Position numbers and translations under genes: made by a program. A DNA stretch of 64,000 bases from Camelus dromedarius (Eukaryota): assembly GCF_036321535.1 (NCBI RefSeq), contig NC_087451.1:41540001-41604000 (forward strand), written 5' to 3'. Numbering within the stretch: position 1 is the stretch's first letter; each line of letters opens with the position of its first letter. Positions 59,920 through 64,000 of this stretch are shown piece after piece. The notes beneath the pieces were generated by a model. The model did no database searches. It saw only the letters and a list, made by a program, of their open reading frames with translations, and had not been told where the DNA came from.

Positions 59920-61000
59920 AGAGCATTCATTTATCCATTCAAAGAATATTGATTGAGGACTTAAAATGTGCCATTTGCTGTCCTGGGCACCTGAGATAGA
60001 CACAGGAAGCAGGTAGATAATAAATGTCAAGTAATGATAACTGCTCTGGAGAAGAATAGAGCAGAGTCAGGGGAGGCAGCATGGTGGTGGCAGTCAGGGG
60101 TTCTCTCTCTGAGGGGGTAATATTTGATCAGAAACCTGGATAAAGACATCCTGCAAAGCTTGATAGAAGATCATTCTAGGAGGAGTGAACAATGCATGGC
60201 AAAGGCACTGCAGTAGGAGTGATTTTGGAGTGTCTGAGGAACATCAGGAAGGCCGGTGTGGCCAGGACAGAGTGAAGGAGAGGGAGGGATGCGGGTGAGT
60301 GCAGAGTGGGGTGGAGTGGAGCCAGACCATGGGGGCCTTGCATGAGTCAGGGTAAGCCAGCTGCTGTAACACATAGTCACCCAAGTTTTAATGTTGTAAC
60401 ACAATAAAGGTTTATTTTTGTGCTTGTGTAACAGCTCAGTTAGTGTCATCAGAGTGGGGTTAGAGGGGTTTGCTCCACATGCCCAGGGACCCAGGCACCT
60501 CTCATCTTGGGGCTCTATCAACTCCTCAGAGCCCTCATCAGACCCCCACATCTAGCTGGCAGATGGGGACAAATGAGGAGAGGGCACATCCCTCTTAACA
60601 GCCTCAGCTGGAGGCAGCATGTGTCACCTCCACTCGAATTCCATTGGCAAGAACAGGTCTTATATCTCCACCTGCCCCCACCCTCACCGTGCAAGGAGGC
60701 TGAGGAAGGCTGCAGCACTGAGTCTGGGACCAAGGAGAGGATGCAGGCTTTGGTGAGCACTGGCAGCCTCTGCCATGGGCCTTGACGAGGCACTTGGATT
60801 TTATCCTGAAAGTGATGAGAAGCTGTTGAAGATTGAGAACAGAGGAATGAAATGATCCAATTATGTTTTAAAGGCTTGCTCTGGCTACAGGCAGGGAGAG
60901 GTGAGGGGAGGGGCTGGAGTAAAAATTACCCAAGCCACTTGGCTACTTCAGGGAATGGCTGGAATATGAACTCAATCACTCTGACTCCAGAGCCCTTGAG
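59920..61000 (-). mobile_element. L2 relic split by the MLT1 LTR
   Basis: cattcatttatccattcaaagaatattgattgagg...aaaggcactgcagtaggag and, after the LTR, ggattttatcctgaaagtgatgagaagctgttgaag...tccaattatgttttaaagg. Confidence 0.7.
60343..60690 (-). mobile_element. MaLR LTR (MLT1K-like) inserted into an L2 relic
   Basis: gagtcagggtaagccagctgctgtaaca...acaataaaggtttatttt...tgtgtcacctccactcgaattccattggcaagaac; L2-like sequence flanks both sides. Confidence 0.65.
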
Positions 61001-62049
61001 CTTCGTGCCTGGGTCTGCTGCCTCCCGAAGGCTGGTACCTGGATGTCAGCTCTTACCTGGATGGTTGCAAGAGCCAGCTTGCCCATCCACCTTTTAGCGT
61101 CCTGGAAACAGCTCAGCATCGTGGGTAAAGAACAGGTTTTAGAGAAAGTCAGGAAGTGACAGGACCTCTGTGGCCTTGCTCAGCCTTGGTTTCCTACAAA
61201 ATGATATAATAATGTCATGTGCCCATGGGGCGGTTGTGAGCTTTAAATGAGATGCTGTGTATGAGGTGTGGTGCTGGGGTACAGTGACTATACTAGAGAA
61301 TCCAGGAGCAACCTTCTTGGCCTAGTTCTAGTAGCCTTGGGAAGAGAGTCCCTGATCCCCACTGTTTGGCTTCCTTTTTCTGCAAACCTGGGATCCCATC
61401 CCCTGGGTGTAAGGCTTTGCCTCCTACCACCATGCAAAGCACCCTGAGAGAGGTGGCACATTCCAAAGTCCCTGTCAATTCCCTCTGTGCCAATAGCTTC
61501 AGCAAACCCTCCCAGAAGCCTTGAATGAGGGTCTCAAGGCTGTCTGTTGGGAGAGGAATACCAACCAGAAGAAGAATGACCCTCAAATTAGAGCCATAGA
61601 TCTTCTGTCCCTCCCAGGCAGTTTGCCTGCTCTCCTATACCAGAATTTTCTCACATTCCTTGAATTCATTCCAGGGAGAAGTTAGCCAAATTCTGGCCCC
61701 TCCAAGCTCATAGTTGGACCTCACCGGCTAGGACCTTACCAGTGTTAAGAGTTGGGACTGAAAGCTTGGTGTTGATATTTGGGGCTCTGAGGCTCAAAAT
61801 GTTGAGTTTTTCTGATGAATAAATGTTCACAATGATTCAAAGGAGGAAAGCTCCAAACAGATTATAAAAAGCTCTGACCAAAACCTGCTCCTGGTTGAGC
61901 ACATTTTGACATGTTGACTAGTGATGGGTTGAAGAGCCCTGGATGAATATTGAGGGATTATGACAACTCTGTGCAGAAGATGAAGCCTGAGGGCAAAGGC
62001 TGGGGCAGTGGAGTGTCTGGGGTTGTTCACTGGTCACATGCAGGAGCTG

Positions 62050-63080
62050 GAGCTAGAAAACCAAGGGAGGAGCTGGGGAAAGTCAACCAGGAACATTGAA
62101 GAAAACCTGCCAGAATGTTCCCTTAGGACATGCAAAGCTAACAACTGAGATCTAGTAGACAAATGTGGCTTTGGTGTGGAGAGAAGGCGCTAAAGACTAA
62201 GAGGAAGACAAGAGAGAAAAAGGAAAAGAGGGGAGGAGAATGAGTTAAAAAAAAAAAAGAGGTGAAAGATGTGGCATTTCAGAGTCCAGTGGCCATCCTG
62301 AAAACCTCTCCCACTGCCCAGCATGTAGAACACTGGACAAAATACCACAAACACCCTTTCACTGAAGCTGCTGAATTCACAGGCAGGTGAGAGCAATCCT
62401 CAAGGGCCCCCACATGAAGAAAGAATAGGAAGCAAGAATGCTAAAAATGATGTTGAAGGTGGCAGCTTCCCTAGGGCATTAGCCCAATTCCTTAACATAG
62501 GGTCTTGTGTTTTAAAACCCACATGGGGACCCAAGCAAGTTAGGAAGTTGGAATTGAGATCCCAGCATAAAAACCTGGATCCTGAGGGGCTTAAATCCAG
62601 AGTGAAAAATATGCTCCCATCAGCAGAGACTGAAGGAAACACATCTGTCTTGGCCTGAGCTCTGAGTTGAAAAATATCACTCTCCTGAGAATTTGGAATT
62701 ATAACTTCTTAGCTCTGCTGGTTGAAGTTCACACGGACACTGCCTATCTGATTTGGAAAACCCCCAACCAAGAAATTTAGTTAAAGTGGGGACTGATTAG
62801 TAGCACCTTAGGGTGCTAATACTAATCCTCTTTGGAGTTGACATTCTTAATCTAGGCTTCCCAGGAGTCCCACACATAAGGAAAGCCCAGGTGAATATGA
62901 GCTCACAATCTGCAATTACAAGATACACAAGAAAATAAACCACTGCGAGTGAAAATCAACAGATAAAATAAAGAGCAGAATTAGGCATCCAGAGGACTTC
63001 AGATGTTGGTATTGTCAAATTCAGGCTATAAACAAGCATGTTTATGTTATGTAAAGAAAAATACTTAAAAAGATACAAAG
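62050..63080 (+). mobile_element. Ancient L1 5'UTR/ORF1-start relic (L1M/L1ME 5' end-like)
   Basis: The 3' part gaggacttcagatgttggtattgtcaaattcaggctataaacaagcatgtttatgttatgtaaagaaa resembles the start of old L1 ORF1. Boundaries are uncertain. Confidence 0.5.
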
Positions 63081-64000
63081 CTCTTACCCAAACATTATTT
63101 TGTGTCAGCCTCACAAAGCCTTTTTGGTGTATGCGGGTGAAGTTGCATTTGCTTTTATTTACTTATTTATTTTTTGATAAAGTCTCAGAACAGAGGACAG
63201 AAGACTTTCTCAGGATCCCACAATTAGCAACTGGCAAATCCAGGACTTGAAATTCAGGTCTCCTGCCTGTAAAATCAATGCTTATTTCTCAAAGAGTCCA
63301 CCTGTTCCTCAAATGCATCCTCAGGGGCCACTTGGATTGGGGATGGCTTAGCATAGGTGAATTGGCCATGGGCTAGTGTAGACAGGGATGCACACCATCC
63401 TTAGCTGTGACCATCTGGGGCATGGCTGTACACACTGACCCATGGAACCTGGAACTCCATCCTGCATATCCTGTTCTGTACCAGGTGAGGGAACAGGTAG
63501 ACGAAAGAGTGAGGGTGAGGGGCATGGTGAGGATGAGGGAGAAGGAGGAGAAAGGAGAGCAAGGAAGAGGGAGGGATAGTAATAAGGTGACAGATGATGC
63601 AAAAGTCAGAATCACATAAAAAGGACTGTCAGAAGGAAAAAAAAAACTTTTGGCTTCACATACTTTTCAAAGATCCAAAAACTCCTAGTGATCCATCAAC
63701 TTTTATATCCCCTTCTTCCTCAGTAATAAAGCTGTGTCTGAGCACATGAGAGCCTAGCTAGGGACCACATTACAGTTAGATGTGACCTTGGGGCTAAGTT
63801 TTCACCAAGAGAATGTAAGCAAAGAGAGGGGCTCAGTTCCGGGGTGGAGTCCTGTACCTCCATGGAAACCCAGCCATGATTCTTGACCCCAAGACTGTGG
63901 GTCAACAGAGCCATACCACAGAAGGATTCTGGGTCCCTGTATGTCTGTGTGAATAGAGCTGTCCACTGACCTGGAATGTTCATCTCATTACAGGAGAGAG

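Noticed and set aside
62795-62827. Hairpin GATTAGTAGCACC-TTAG-GGTGCTA(ATA)CTAATC
   Set aside because: Short, bulged, and inside a probable old L1 5' relic; too small for a pre-miRNA and no supporting context.

Overview
Mammalian genomic DNA, almost certainly camelid: the young tRNA-derived SINEs have the Vic-1-type head and the 'cctaattacctcccc' tail. The only recognisable gene is CRHR1 (corticotropin-releasing hormone receptor 1) on the minus strand. Its exon 1 (5'UTR plus 33 coding nt, MGRRPQLRLVK) lies in a CpG island at about 9.4-12.0 kb, and the first 10.5 kb of the window is intron 1. The 5'UTR carries a 10-codon upstream ORF. The remaining 53 kb is upstream intergenic DNA full of MIR, L2, L1, MaLR/ERVL LTR, hAT and SINE relics. 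The most striking accessory feature is a two-LTR, non-autonomous ERV1 provirus (36688-41346) with a 4-bp target-site duplication, a tRNA-Arg primer-binding site and a decayed gag start. Its leader has expanded into a nearly CpG-free 52-bp minisatellite carrying 15 consensus NF-kB sites, about 27 kb upstream of the CRHR1 promoter. Also present are a perfect 167-bp tandem duplication and four N gaps, all inside L1 3' ends. Family assignments and orthologue comparisons are from recall, not from database searches.
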